Origin: Actinomycetota bacterium
GTDB lineage: Bacteria > Actinomycetota > Humimicrobiia > Humimicrobiales > Humimicrobiaceae
Length of the DNA stretch: 59,029 nt
NCBI GenBank assembly: GCA_051744245.1
Contig: JBNJCV010000001.1
Coordinates: 1-59,029, forward strand
Direction: 5' to 3'
Below the pieces are notes generated by a model, which saw nothing but the letters and a program-made list of their open reading frames with translations, did not search any database and had not been told where the DNA came from. Shown one piece after another: positions 27,858 through 37,952 of the stretch (position 1 is the first letter of the stretch; each line of letters opens with the position of its first letter). The translations under genes and the position numbers were made by a program.

Positions 27858-28436
27858 ATGAAGAAAGTGTTAACAATTATTTTGCTGTTTTCCATGGTAA
27901 TTTTTATTTTTACAGGATGCAGGTGTGCGGCTGAGAAAATAACTGAAAAGGCTATAGAAAGGGCAGCTGCGGCAGAAGGCCAGGACGTGGATATTGATAC
28001 AGATGAAGACAAGGTCAGCATAACCGGGGAAGATGGTGAGACAGTTGAGATAGATTCGGATTCAGGAGAAACCACTATTAAAACTGAAGAAGGAGAGGTT
28101 ACTTATAGCGAAGGCGGTAATGAACTGCCAGAAGGTTTCCCGAACGTGGTGCCTGTATATCCGGATTTAAATATTGTCTCTTCGTCCAGTTTCAAAGAAG
28201 AGGGCAGCCAGGCCTATACGGTTATGGGATCTTATACAGGAAACGGTGAAGATGTTTTTAATTGGTACAAAGACCAGCTAGCGAGCTGGGATATTGAAAG
28301 TGAACAGTCAACTGATTTGGGCGAAGAAGGCTTATTTTATACTATTAATGCTAGTAGCGGAAATTATACCTTAAATGTGACTGTTACTGAATCAGAAGGT
28401 GAAAATGCGGTGCTTCTTAATGTAGAGCAAAAATAG
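27858..28436 (+). CDS. Acidic lipoprotein of unknown function
   Basis: ATG at 27858 after AAAGGAG. Signal peptide with lipobox (LLFSMVIFIFTGC). The mature part is rich in D, E and T. Confidence 0.75.
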   Translation: MKKVLTIILLFSMVIFIFTGCRCAAEKITEKAIERAAAAEGQDVDIDTDEDKVSITGEDGETVEIDSDSGETTIKTEEGEVTYSEGGNELPEGFPNVVPVYPDLNIVSSSSFKEEGSQAYTVMGSYTGNGEDVFNWYKDQLASWDIESEQSTDLGEEGLFYTINASSGNYTLNVTVTESEGENAVLLNVEQK

Positions 28437-28454
28437 CCCCAAAAATTATTAAGC

Positions 28455-28488
28455 AAAAGGCAGCTTCAATGCTGCCTTTTTCTTTTTT
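28455..28488 (+). terminator. Intrinsic terminator
   Basis: AAAAGGCAGC-ttcaat-GCTGCCTTTT followed by a T-rich run (TTTTTCTTTTTT). Confidence 0.8.
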
Positions 28489-28570
28489 GCTTTTTGGATT
28501 TCCTTATAATATAATCTTTACAAATTGCAACGATGCACTTTATTGTGGAGCTTAACTTTTATTAGTAATA

Positions 28571-30523
28571 ATGGAAAACCAGAAAAAATATCAAGTCAAA
28601 TTTCTTCCAACCAATAAAACAGCCACTTTTAAATACGGGTATAATTTAAGGCAAGCAATTCTTGATTCAGGCATAGAGATAGAATCTTCGTGTGGGGGCG
28701 TTGGCACTTGTGGCAAGTGCAGGGTCCAGATAAAGGAAGGAAAGCCAGAAACAAAAAAAAGCAAATTTATTTCGGAAACAGAAGAAAAAGAAGGCTTTGT
28801 TCTATCCTGCCTTACTAAAATTACGGATGACCTGGTGGTATTTATACCTGAACAGAAAAAGGCCAGGGCAATAATAGATAAGGGCAAACTAGCTGAATCT
28901 TCAGGAGTCTATGCAGCGGTAAGCAAGGATGAGTTTGAGGAAGCTGAAATTGATCCCTGGATTAAGAAGGCAGAACTTGAAGTGGAAGAGCCATCCCTAA
29001 GCTATGGGACTAGCGACCTTTACAGGTTTAAAAAAGCGGTAAAAGAAAAATTTGAAATAAAGGACTGCATTATCCCTATTGACGTTATAAGGGAGCTGCC
29101 AGACAAACTGAGAAAAGAAAATTGGAAAGTTACAGTTACCATAGACCTTAACCGGAAACTGGTTATGAACGTGGAGGCGGGCAAAAGCAGCGAAGAATTG
29201 TATGGGGTGGCATTAGACATTGGAACTACAACCATTGTGATGTATCTGGTTGACTTAGAGGATGGAAAAATTGTTGGAAGCAACTCTGAATACAATCCCC
29301 AGATCAGGTTCGGTGAGGACATTATAAATAGGATTGTATATGCCAACAAGGAGGACGGGCTAAAGAAGCTAAATGAAGTGGTAGTCGACTCTATAAATAA
29401 CCTTGTGTGGAGGCTTTTGCTTAACACCCATGTTGAGCCTGATAATATAGTTTCTATTGTGGTTTCTGGAAATTCTACCATGATGCACCTGTTTTACCGG
29501 GTGCCTCCTAAATATATAAGGGAAGAGCCTTATGTGACAGTGGCTAATAGGTTTTCTGACTGCCGGGCCAGGGAACTGGGGATAAAGCATGTCGGAAATG
29601 CTTTTGTGTTTGCCGTACAGGGGGTAGCAAGCTACCTTGGCGGGGATATCACTTCAGGAGTTCTTGCTACGGGAATGGGCAAAAAAAAGGACCTAGCCCT
29701 TTTTATAGATTTAGGCACAAATGGCGAGCTGGTAGTGGGAAACTCAGAGTGGATGATGGGTTGTTCATGCTCTGCTGGCCCTGCATTTGAAGGCGGGGGA
29801 GTAAAATGCGGAACCCGGGCAGTCGAAGGGGCTATCCAGAAAGTATGGATAGACCAGGAAACCTACAAAGCAGAGGTAGGGGTGATTGGCGGAGGAAAGC
29901 CCAGGGGAATATGCGGTTCCGGCCTTATCGATGTTATAGGGGAGATGTACCTGAAAGGGGTTATAGACAGAAAAGGGAAATTTAATAAAAATATCGGTAA
30001 CGAGTATCTAAAATGTGTTGAAAAGGATTGCCTGTATATCCTGGTTGACAGCAAGGACAGTGCAGACGGGAAAGAAATATATATAAGTGAAGTTGATATA
30101 GATAATTTGATGAGGGCTAAAGCGGCGGTTTATGCAGGGATAAAGACATTGCTGGAGGAAGTGGACTTAAGCGTTTATGACCTGGACAAAGTTTATTTAG
30201 CCGGGGGCTTGGGCAAGAAATTAAATATAGGGAATGCAGTGGTTATAGGAATGCTACCGGATATAAATGTAAATAAATATTACTTTTTGGGAAATACTTC
30301 TATTACTGGGGCATATCTGGGCTTGCTGTCATCTAAAAAATATACCGAAACTATTGAAATTGCTGATGCCCTTACCTATGTGGAATTAAGCGTTAACATG
30401 AAATTCATGGACAGGTATGTGGCAGGGCTTTTCTTCCCTTATACTGACCTTACAGATTTTCCAACGGTTGAAGAACTTATTTTTTCATTAGATAATAAAA
30501 ACAGGAGTAGAAAAGAAAAATAA
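28571..30523 (+). CDS. acsV: Corrinoid activation/regeneration protein (RACo/AcsV-type: 2Fe-2S ferredoxin plus ASKHA ATPase)
   Basis: N-terminal plant-type ferredoxin motif CGGVGTCGKCRV. ASKHA motifs are LDIGTTT and IDLGTNGE. 650 aa. Heads the acs cluster. Confidence 0.85.
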   Translation: MENQKKYQVKFLPTNKTATFKYGYNLRQAILDSGIEIESSCGGVGTCGKCRVQIKEGKPETKKSKFISETEEKEGFVLSCLTKITDDLVVFIPEQKKARAIIDKGKLAESSGVYAAVSKDEFEEAEIDPWIKKAELEVEEPSLSYGTSDLYRFKKAVKEKFEIKDCIIPIDVIRELPDKLRKENWKVTVTIDLNRKLVMNVEAGKSSEELYGVALDIGTTTIVMYLVDLEDGKIVGSNSEYNPQIRFGEDIINRIVYANKEDGLKKLNEVVVDSINNLVWRLLLNTHVEPDNIVSIVVSGNSTMMHLFYRVPPKYIREEPYVTVANRFSDCRARELGIKHVGNAFVFAVQGVASYLGGDITSGVLATGMGKKKDLALFIDLGTNGELVVGNSEWMMGCSCSAGPAFEGGGVKCGTRAVEGAIQKVWIDQETYKAEVGVIGGGKPRGICGSGLIDVIGEMYLKGVIDRKGKFNKNIGNEYLKCVEKDCLYILVDSKDSADGKEIYISEVDIDNLMRAKAAVYAGIKTLLEEVDLSVYDLDKVYLAGGLGKKLNIGNAVVIGMLPDINVNKYYFLGNTSITGAYLGLLSSKKYTETIEIADALTYVELSVNMKFMDRYVAGLFFPYTDLTDFPTVEELIFSLDNKNRSRKEK

Positions 30524-30525
30524 TT

Positions 30526-31284
30526 ATGGGTAAAAGCATAGCAGTAGCCGGAAAAGGCGGCACAGGAAAAACTACTATAAGCGGACTTCTTATAAGGAAT
30601 TTGGCTGATAATAATAAAGTTCCCATACTTGCCTTAGATGCAGATCCCAATTCAAATCTCAATGAGGTACTGGGGGTAGAGGTTAAGTCTACTGTAGGGA
30701 TGCTGCGGGAAGAGTTTAAAAAAAATGCCCCTAGGATGGCAAAGGGAATTTACAAAGATCAGCTGGTGGAGATGAACATACAGGAAGCTTTAGTGGAGAA
30801 TAAGAAATATGACCTTCTGGTAATGGGCAGGGGTGAAGGCCCGGGATGCTATTGTTATGCGAATTCACTGTTTAGGAAATATATAGAGATGCTGCAGGAT
30901 AATTATAATTTCATTGTTATGGATAATGAAGCGGGAATGGAGCATTTAAGCAGGAGAACTACCCAGGATATTGATTACCTGTTGATTGTTTCTGATCCTT
31001 CCCCCAGGGGGATTATGACGGCAGCAAGAATAAGGGACCTGGCTATGGACCTGGAACTGAAGGTAAAAGATATTTTTTTAATAGTAAACAGGGTAAAAGA
31101 TAAGTTGGATAAGAGATTAGAGGGGCAAATTGAGGACAATAATCTTAAGTTGCTCTCAGTGCTAAACTATGATGATGATATTTTTGAAATGGACATATCC
31201 TCAGGCTCTGTTTTTAGCCTGCCTGCTTCAAGCAGTTCTTTAGGCAAGTCTGAAGATATTTTAAAACAGTTGGATATTATATAG
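30526..31284 (+). CDS. cooC: CODH/ACS nickel-insertion ATPase CooC/AcsF
   Basis: Deviant Walker A GKGGTGKTT and CxC metal motif GPGCYCYAN. Confidence 0.9.
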   Translation: MGKSIAVAGKGGTGKTTISGLLIRNLADNNKVPILALDADPNSNLNEVLGVEVKSTVGMLREEFKKNAPRMAKGIYKDQLVEMNIQEALVENKKYDLLVMGRGEGPGCYCYANSLFRKYIEMLQDNYNFIVMDNEAGMEHLSRRTTQDIDYLLIVSDPSPRGIMTAARIRDLAMDLELKVKDIFLIVNRVKDKLDKRLEGQIEDNNLKLLSVLNYDDDIFEMDISSGSVFSLPASSSSLGKSEDILKQLDII

Positions 31285-31408
31285 TTTAATTAATCAAAAT
31301 GACTGAACTTTTTTATAAAAGATGATAAAATGATTTAATTTGTAAGATAACTTACAACGCATTGTGTATTATGTAACTATTTAGTAACAATATAAAAGGG
31401 GGAGAAAA

Positions 31409-32344
31409 TTGAGTTTTAAATTCCCAAAAAATGAATATGCAGGCAAGATCGCATCTGTAAATTTAAAGTCCGGAACAGTGGTAGGTGGTGATGAAGCCTT
31501 ACCTTTTTACAGTTTTGAGGGTAATATTCCAAACAAGCCTATAATTGCGATGGAAGTTTATGACAGCAAACCGGAGGGCTGGCCTGAAAGCGTGGATAAG
31601 TATTTTAATGATGTTTACGATGATCCGGTAAAATGGGCAAAAAAATGTATAGATGAGTATGGGGCAGAGAGTATCTGCTTGCAGCTTAAAAGTGTTAATC
31701 CGGATTCTGGGGATATGAAACCCCAGGAAGCTGCTGAAATTGTAAAAAAGGTAAGTGATGCTATAGAAAAGCCCTTGATTGTATATGGGGATGGTCCCAT
31801 GGAAAAAATTGAAGATGTAATGAAAAAAGTATCAGAGGTAAACCAGGATTCCGATATCCTTATAGGATGGGTGGAAGAAGATTACTATAAGACAGTGGCA
31901 GCAGCTTGTATGGGCTATAATAATAATGTCATATCTGTAAATTCAATGGATGTAAACATTGCCAAGCAGCTTAATATCCTGTTAACCCAGCTGGGGCTTC
32001 CAGCAGAAAGAATTGTGATGGACCCATCAACTGCCAGCATAGGATATGGTATTGAATATTGTTATTCCAGCATGGAAAGGCTCAAAATTGCTGCATTGCT
32101 CCAGGACGATAAAATGACCCAAATGCCATTGATAGTTAATTTAGCCCCCCAGGTTTGGAAGGTAAAGGAAGTAAAAGAAAGTGAAGAGGATTATCCTGAG
32201 TGGGGTGATCTGGAACAAAGAGGCATAAACTGGGAATCTATTTCTGCAATGGCGACTCTTGTATCGGGTGCAAATATTGTGGTTATGAGGCACCCTAAGG
32301 CTGTGAGCATGGTAAAAGAAGTTATAAATAATTTAATACAATAA
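31409..32344 (+). CDS. acsD: Corrinoid iron-sulfur protein small subunit (delta)
   Basis: 311 aa, TTG start with AAAGGGGGAG RBS. AcsD-like TIM-barrel sequence, positioned directly upstream of acsA/acsB. Confidence 0.85.
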   Translation: MSFKFPKNEYAGKIASVNLKSGTVVGGDEALPFYSFEGNIPNKPIIAMEVYDSKPEGWPESVDKYFNDVYDDPVKWAKKCIDEYGAESICLQLKSVNPDSGDMKPQEAAEIVKKVSDAIEKPLIVYGDGPMEKIEDVMKKVSEVNQDSDILIGWVEEDYYKTVAAACMGYNNNVISVNSMDVNIAKQLNILLTQLGLPAERIVMDPSTASIGYGIEYCYSSMERLKIAALLQDDKMTQMPLIVNLAPQVWKVKEVKESEEDYPEWGDLEQRGINWESISAMATLVSGANIVVMRHPKAVSMVKEVINNLIQ

Positions 32345-32360
32345 TTTTAAGTATAGAAGG

Positions 32361-34319
32361 ATGGTGCAAGGCACGATGAAATCCAAAGATAAAGATAAAA
32401 AACAAAGAAGTGAAGATAAGGCGGTAAATGAGATTCTGGAAAACTTGGAAGAAGGAGTGGAAACTGTTTTTGACCGCTCTGATTCCATGAAATGCTGCCC
32501 TATTGGTTCGGGCGTTTCCGGAATTTGCTGCAAGAATTGCTCAATGGGACCTTGCAGGGTCAGGGAAGGAAAAACTGGCTTATGCGGGGCGACCATGGGA
32601 ACAATAGCAGCCAGGAATCTGGCAAGGCATATTGCGGCAGGAGCAGCTGCCCACTCTGACCATGGTAGAGACCTCGCTGTGCTGTTAAAAGATGTGGCTG
32701 AAGGTAATGCAGAGGGGCTTAGGATAAAAGATGAGATGAAGCTTTTAAGGTTTGCTAAAAACCTTGGAATAGAAACAAAGGACAAAGAAGTAAACGAAAT
32801 AGCCATAGAGGCTGCCGAAAAGTCACTTTCGCTATTTGGCCAGCAGGAAGGCGAGATAGACTTAATAAAGATTGCTCCCAAGAAAAGGCAGGAGAAGTGG
32901 AAAAAATATAATATTGTTCCCAGGGGTGTGGACAGGGAGGTTGTTGAAACCCTCCACCGTACTCACATGGGTGTGGATCAGGATGCAGAACATATTTTAG
33001 ACCATGCTCTGCGCAATGCATTATCTGATGGCTGGGGCGGTTCAATGATTGCCACGGAGATAACAGATATACTTTTTACTACACCAAAAGCATTACCGGC
33101 AAAAACTAATTTAGGCATGCTGTCTGAAGATGAAGTAAATATAGTTGTGCATGGCCATGAACCCACCTTGTCTGAAGTTATTGCAGAGATGGCCAATAAT
33201 GAAGAGATGGTTAAATATGCAAAAGAAAAAGGGGCTAAAGGAATTAATGTTGTGGGTATATGCTGTACAGCCAATGAAGTGCTCATGAGGCAGGGCATTG
33301 CCCCTATCGGAAATTTCTTGTCACAGGAGCTGGCCATCATGACTTCGGCAGTAGAGGCTATGGTGGTTGACATACAATGCATAATGCAGTCTATAAGCAA
33401 GGTGGCAGAGAAATACCACACAAAATTAATTACCTCATCTGCAAAGTGCAAGATACCCGGGGCAACCCATATGGAATTTGATGAAAAGAAAGCCCCGACT
33501 ATTGCCAAGGAAATCATAAAGAATGCAATCGATAACTTTAAAAATAGAAAAGAACCAAAAATTCCCCAGGTTACATCAGACCTTGTTGCAGGGTTTTCCC
33601 ATGAGTATATTAGATATATGCTGGGAGGCAGGTTTAGGGAATCATTCAGGCCTTTAAATGATGGAATAATAGATGGAAGGATACAGGGCGTGGTAGCTGT
33701 TGTGGGCTGCAATAATGCAAGGCATCCCCAGGATAAGTACCATAACTTTTTGACCAGGGAACTTATAAAGCGGGATTATTTGGTAGTTCAGACAGGCTGC
33801 GGCGCATTGGCTTCTGCAAAGTGTGGCCTGATGATGCCTGAAGCAATGGAAGAAGTTGGTGACGGCTTGAGGTCAATTTGTGAAGCAGTAGGTATACCTC
33901 CGGTACTGCATCTCGGCTCTTGTGTGGATAATTCAAGAATACTTACTATAGTTTCTGAAGTGGTAGAAGAAGGGGGACTGGGCGAAGACATAAGCGACTT
34001 GCCGGTGGCAGGAATTGCCCCTGAATGGATGAGCGAGAAAGCATTATCCATTGGCTCCTATTTTGCAGCCAGCGGAGTTTATGTGGCTTTTAGCGGAGAG
34101 CCCATACCTGTTACTTCCAGCCAGGAAGTGGTTGATATAATGACCAAGGGCTGGGACCAGAAATTCGGAGGAATGCTGGAGTACGTGCCTGATATTGAAG
34201 AGTTATTAAATAAAGTAATAAATCATATCCAAGCTAAAAGAAAAGCGCTAAAAATTGATGTTAAGAAAGAAAGAGTGCTTTTCGACATGGAAGCAAGGAG
34301 GGAATTAGGAAATGTCTAA
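32361..34319 (+). CDS. acsA: Carbon monoxide dehydrogenase catalytic subunit
   Basis: N-terminal Cys motifs (MKCCPIGSGVSGICCKNCSMGPCR, GLCGA). C-cluster region motifs are HGHEP, GICCTANE, VGCNN and GSCVDN. An alternative start exists at 32376. Confidence 0.93.
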   Translation: MVQGTMKSKDKDKKQRSEDKAVNEILENLEEGVETVFDRSDSMKCCPIGSGVSGICCKNCSMGPCRVREGKTGLCGATMGTIAARNLARHIAAGAAAHSDHGRDLAVLLKDVAEGNAEGLRIKDEMKLLRFAKNLGIETKDKEVNEIAIEAAEKSLSLFGQQEGEIDLIKIAPKKRQEKWKKYNIVPRGVDREVVETLHRTHMGVDQDAEHILDHALRNALSDGWGGSMIATEITDILFTTPKALPAKTNLGMLSEDEVNIVVHGHEPTLSEVIAEMANNEEMVKYAKEKGAKGINVVGICCTANEVLMRQGIAPIGNFLSQELAIMTSAVEAMVVDIQCIMQSISKVAEKYHTKLITSSAKCKIPGATHMEFDEKKAPTIAKEIIKNAIDNFKNRKEPKIPQVTSDLVAGFSHEYIRYMLGGRFRESFRPLNDGIIDGRIQGVVAVVGCNNARHPQDKYHNFLTRELIKRDYLVVQTGCGALASAKCGLMMPEAMEEVGDGLRSICEAVGIPPVLHLGSCVDNSRILTIVSEVVEEGGLGEDISDLPVAGIAPEWMSEKALSIGSYFAASGVYVAFSGEPIPVTSSQEVVDIMTKGWDQKFGGMLEYVPDIEELLNKVINHIQAKRKALKIDVKKERVLFDMEARRELGNV

Positions 34320-36492
34320 AGTTATAGCAACCAGTGCCATTAAAGGCGCGCATAAAATTGTCAACAAGGCAGAAGAAAGGTTAAAGGAGGTTATAGAGGA
34401 AAAAGGTGAAGACCAGAAATTGGAATTCCCCGATACTGGCTATTTTTTACCAATAATTTACAGCATGGCTGGAATTAAAGTAGAAAAACTTGGCGATTGC
34501 CATGAAGTAATTACAGAAGCAAAAAATTTGCTTCCCCAGGTTCCAGGCGACAGGATCTGGATTCCTTATCTGGGGGGCACCCTGGATGCAGGGATTGCCA
34601 CACTGTGGGCTGAAGAAATTATTGAGGCTATAAAATATTTAGATGACCCTCCTCCTGAGGAAGGTATCTGGCTAGGAGCGGCTGAAGATAAAATAATAAG
34701 GGAACGTGGTATTGAATTTGTAGATGGAACCGCCCCTGGTTTTGCGGCTTGTGTTGGCGCTGCCTCTAGCAATGAGATGGCAGTCCAGATAGCAAGAGAG
34801 CTCCAGGAGAAAAATATTTATGTTTTTATAAGCGGGTCAACTAATGGCGTATCCATGGCAGAACAGCTAGCAGAAGAGGGAGTGGACCTTGGATGGGAAA
34901 CCAGGTTGGTGCCTTTTGGAAAAGATATAACTGCAACCATTTATTCCCTTGGTTTTGCAGCCAGGGCGGCGATGAGCTTTGGAGGCGTGCAGCCAGGCGA
35001 TTACAGGAGGATGCTGCTTTACAATAAGACCAGGGTATTTGCTTTTGTACTGGCATTGGGTGAAGTTGATGATGAAAAATATGCAAATGCGGCTGGCGCT
35101 ATAAATTTTGGCTTCCCCACAATTGCTAATACCTCCATACCGGAAATACTGCCCAGGGGAGTTTGTACTTATGAACATGTAGTCTCAAATATAGATGAAG
35201 AGGAAATGGTAACCAAGGCAATTGAAGTCAGAGGGCTTAAGGTTACTGTTGAAAAGGTTGATGTCCCTGTTCCATTTGGTCCTGCATTTGAAGGTGAGAG
35301 GGTAAGAAAAGAAAATACATATGTGGAATTTGGTGGAAATAAAAGTGATGCTGTTGAATTGCTGGTTATGGCAGATTCATCCAAAGTGGAAGATGGAAAA
35401 ATCGAAGTCATAGGGCCTGAAGTAGATGATGCAAAAGAAGGAGAAGCCCTTCCACTTGGTATACTGGTAGAAGTATCCGGAAGGAAGATGCAGGAAGATT
35501 TTGAGCCGGTTATGGAAAGGCAGATCCATTACTTTCTAAATTACCCCTCAGGGGTATTCCATATGGGCCAGAGGGATATATCCTGGGTCAGGTTCTCAAA
35601 AGATGCAGTAAATAACGGTTTTAAAATAAGGCATATCGGAACAGTGGTCCATGCTAAAATGCATTCAGATTTTGGAAAGATATTGGATAAGGTACAGGTA
35701 AAAATTTATACCAATCCTGAAGATGTTTTAGCCTTACAGAAAAAAGCAAGAAAGATATTTAAGACTAGGGATGAGCGTATGGGAGCCCTAACCGATGAGG
35801 CTGTAGATACTTTTTACTCATGCACCTTATGCCAGTCATTTGCTCCCAATCACGTGTGTGTTGTGTCTCCTGAAAGGCCAGGGCTTTGCGGCGCTTATAA
35901 CTGGCTTGATTGCAGGGCTGCCTATGAAATTAATCCTGCAGGCCCCAATCAGCCGGTTAAAAAAGGCGAGACTATTGAAGAAGAACTTGGTATATGGAAA
36001 GGGGTAAATGAGTTTGTATACAAGGCTTCAAACCAGAGTCTGGAATCATTTTCTGCATATTCTATGATGAAGGACCCAATGACTTCATGCGGGTGCTTTG
36101 AAGTTATAGCTACCATCCTTCCTTCAACTAATGGAATTATGGCCGTAAACAGGGAACACGGGGGAATGACCCCTTGTGGAATGAAGTTTTCAACGATAGC
36201 CGGAATGGTTGGTGGCGGAATACAGACCCCGGGCTTTATAGGTATTAGCAAGTTCTTTATAGGGTCAAAGAAATTCATAAGGGCTGATGGAGGATTAAAA
36301 AGGCTGGTATGGATGCCCAAGGAATTAAAAGAAGAGATAAGGGATTTACTTGAAGAGAGGGCCAAAGAAATAGGCATGGAAGATTTAGTAGATAAAATTG
36401 CTACAGAAGAGGAAGCCCAGAGTGAGGAAGAAGTGCTGGAGTGGGCCCAGAAAGTAAACCACCCTGCTTTGGAAATGGAACCAATGATGTAA
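34312..36492 (+). CDS. acsB: CO-methylating acetyl-CoA synthase (A-cluster subunit)
   Basis: 726 aa. A-cluster ligands occur in CTLCQSFAPNHVCVVSPERPGLCGA and the Cys-Gly-Cys motif MTSCGCFE. Overlaps the acsA stop by 8 nt. Confidence 0.95.
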   Translation: MSKVIATSAIKGAHKIVNKAEERLKEVIEEKGEDQKLEFPDTGYFLPIIYSMAGIKVEKLGDCHEVITEAKNLLPQVPGDRIWIPYLGGTLDAGIATLWAEEIIEAIKYLDDPPPEEGIWLGAAEDKIIRERGIEFVDGTAPGFAACVGAASSNEMAVQIARELQEKNIYVFISGSTNGVSMAEQLAEEGVDLGWETRLVPFGKDITATIYSLGFAARAAMSFGGVQPGDYRRMLLYNKTRVFAFVLALGEVDDEKYANAAGAINFGFPTIANTSIPEILPRGVCTYEHVVSNIDEEEMVTKAIEVRGLKVTVEKVDVPVPFGPAFEGERVRKENTYVEFGGNKSDAVELLVMADSSKVEDGKIEVIGPEVDDAKEGEALPLGILVEVSGRKMQEDFEPVMERQIHYFLNYPSGVFHMGQRDISWVRFSKDAVNNGFKIRHIGTVVHAKMHSDFGKILDKVQVKIYTNPEDVLALQKKARKIFKTRDERMGALTDEAVDTFYSCTLCQSFAPNHVCVVSPERPGLCGAYNWLDCRAAYEINPAGPNQPVKKGETIEEELGIWKGVNEFVYKASNQSLESFSAYSMMKDPMTSCGCFEVIATILPSTNGIMAVNREHGGMTPCGMKFSTIAGMVGGGIQTPGFIGISKFFIGSKKFIRADGGLKRLVWMPKELKEEIRDLLEERAKEIGMEDLVDKIATEEEAQSEEEVLEWAQKVNHPALEMEPMM

Positions 36493-36525
36493 TAAAATTT
36501 GCAAATACGAAATAAGGAGTGAGCA

Positions 36526-37875
36526 ATGGCTTTAAGCGGTTTAGAAATATTTAAAAAACTTCCTAAAACTAATTGTAAGGATTGTGGTTTTCCTACCTGC
36601 TTGGCTTTTGCAATGCAGCTTGCTGCAGGCAAAGTTGAGCTGGAAAAATGTCCCCATGTTTCAGAAGAGGCAAAGGAAGAATTAGAAGAAGCATCGCAGC
36701 CTCCCATACTTAAGGTTGAGGTTGGCAGCGGCGATGATGCATTTGTGGTGGGTGAAGAGAATGTACTTTTCAGGCATGATAGAACTTTTGTGAACCAGAA
36801 TGCATTTGCCCTAAATATTGATGATGATCTCCCGGAAGACGAGATAGAAAAACTGGTAAAAAAAGTAAATGAAACAGAATATGAGAGAGTTGGGCAGATA
36901 TTAAAAATTGACTCTATCTGTATAAGGAACAATTCAAAAGACAGTGGAAAATTTAAGGAAGTAGTTAAAAAAATAAATTCTATTACTTCAAAACCTTTAA
37001 TTCTCATATCTGAGGATGCAGCTGTTTTGGGAGATCTTGCAGAAGAGCTTAAAGAAAAGAAGCCATTACTACATGCAGCTACCAAAGATACGGCAGATGA
37101 TTTTATAAAGATTGCCAATGATACTGGATGCCCCATTGTAGCCAGGGGGGAAACTTTTGAAGATATAATGGCTATAACTGAGAAGATGAGAGAAGCAGGT
37201 GTAAAGAATTTAGTTATAGATATAGGCAAAAGGGACCTAAAAGATGACTTTTTCAACCAGATTGGGCTAAGGACTGCGGCTATAAAGAAAAAGAACAGGT
37301 TGTTTGGGTATCCCACAATTGTATTTCCCAATGAAATGGCGGAAGATCCTTTGATGGAAACCCTGACTGCTTCTATTTTTGTAGCAAAATATGGCTCTAT
37401 TATAGTTATATCCAGTGCTGAGCCGCACAATATTTATCCGTTGCTGGTATACAGGCAAAACATTTACACAGATCCAAGGCAGCCAATGCAGGTTGAGCAG
37501 AAGATTTATGAAATTGGAAGCCCGGATGAAAATTCTCCTGTGCTTATAACCACGAATTTCTCCCTCACCTATTTTATAATCTCGGGGGAAATTGAAAACA
37601 GTAAAGTGCCCAGCTGGCTCCTGGTAATGGATGTGGAAGGACAGTCAGTGCTGACTGCCTGGGCAGCAGGCAAATTTATACCGGAGCTAATTGCCCAGTT
37701 TATAAAGAAGAGCGGCATAGAAGATAAAGTAAAAACCAGGGAGTTAATTATCCCGGGATATGTGGCACAGCTTCAAGGAGAGCTGGAAGATGAGCTGGAA
37801 GGAGAATGGAAAGTTATTGTAGGCCCCAGGGAAGCAGGGGAAGTTCCCAAATACCTGAAAGAATATGCTTCCTGA
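36526..37875 (+). CDS. acsC: Corrinoid iron-sulfur protein large subunit (gamma)
   Basis: N-terminal 4Fe-4S motif CKDCGFPTCLAFAMQLA..CP, 449 aa, with the corrinoid-binding C-terminal half. Confidence 0.92.
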   Translation: MALSGLEIFKKLPKTNCKDCGFPTCLAFAMQLAAGKVELEKCPHVSEEAKEELEEASQPPILKVEVGSGDDAFVVGEENVLFRHDRTFVNQNAFALNIDDDLPEDEIEKLVKKVNETEYERVGQILKIDSICIRNNSKDSGKFKEVVKKINSITSKPLILISEDAAVLGDLAEELKEKKPLLHAATKDTADDFIKIANDTGCPIVARGETFEDIMAITEKMREAGVKNLVIDIGKRDLKDDFFNQIGLRTAAIKKKNRLFGYPTIVFPNEMAEDPLMETLTASIFVAKYGSIIVISSAEPHNIYPLLVYRQNIYTDPRQPMQVEQKIYEIGSPDENSPVLITTNFSLTYFIISGEIENSKVPSWLLVMDVEGQSVLTAWAAGKFIPELIAQFIKKSGIEDKVKTRELIIPGYVAQLQGELEDELEGEWKVIVGPREAGEVPKYLKEYAS

Positions 37876-37952
37876 CTTCCATATATGATTGTAACAAGTT
37901 AGTAATTATCATATAATTTATTTTATTAATATTGTTAAGGAAAGGAGCAAAT

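Noticed and set aside
28437-28570. Searched the leaders of the WL genes (also 31285-31408 and 37876-37952) for cobalamin or THF riboswitches.
   Set aside because: There is no B12-box-like element and no extended conserved helices. The leaders are short and AT-rich.
32978-33712. A 244-aa minus-strand ORF inside acsA. Similar long antisense ORFs lie at 254-835, 24503-25123, 48824-49498 and 53008-53487.
   Set aside because: All lie fully within strongly supported plus-strand genes and have Ser/Pro/Leu-rich compositions without motifs. They are shadow ORFs.
35949-37430. A 493-aa ORF on the minus strand spanning the acsB/acsC junction.
   Set aside because: It is antisense to two well-supported genes. 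Its translation is low-complexity (Ser/Phe/Ile-rich) with no recognisable motif. This is typical of a shadow ORF opposite GAA/AAG-rich coding sequence.
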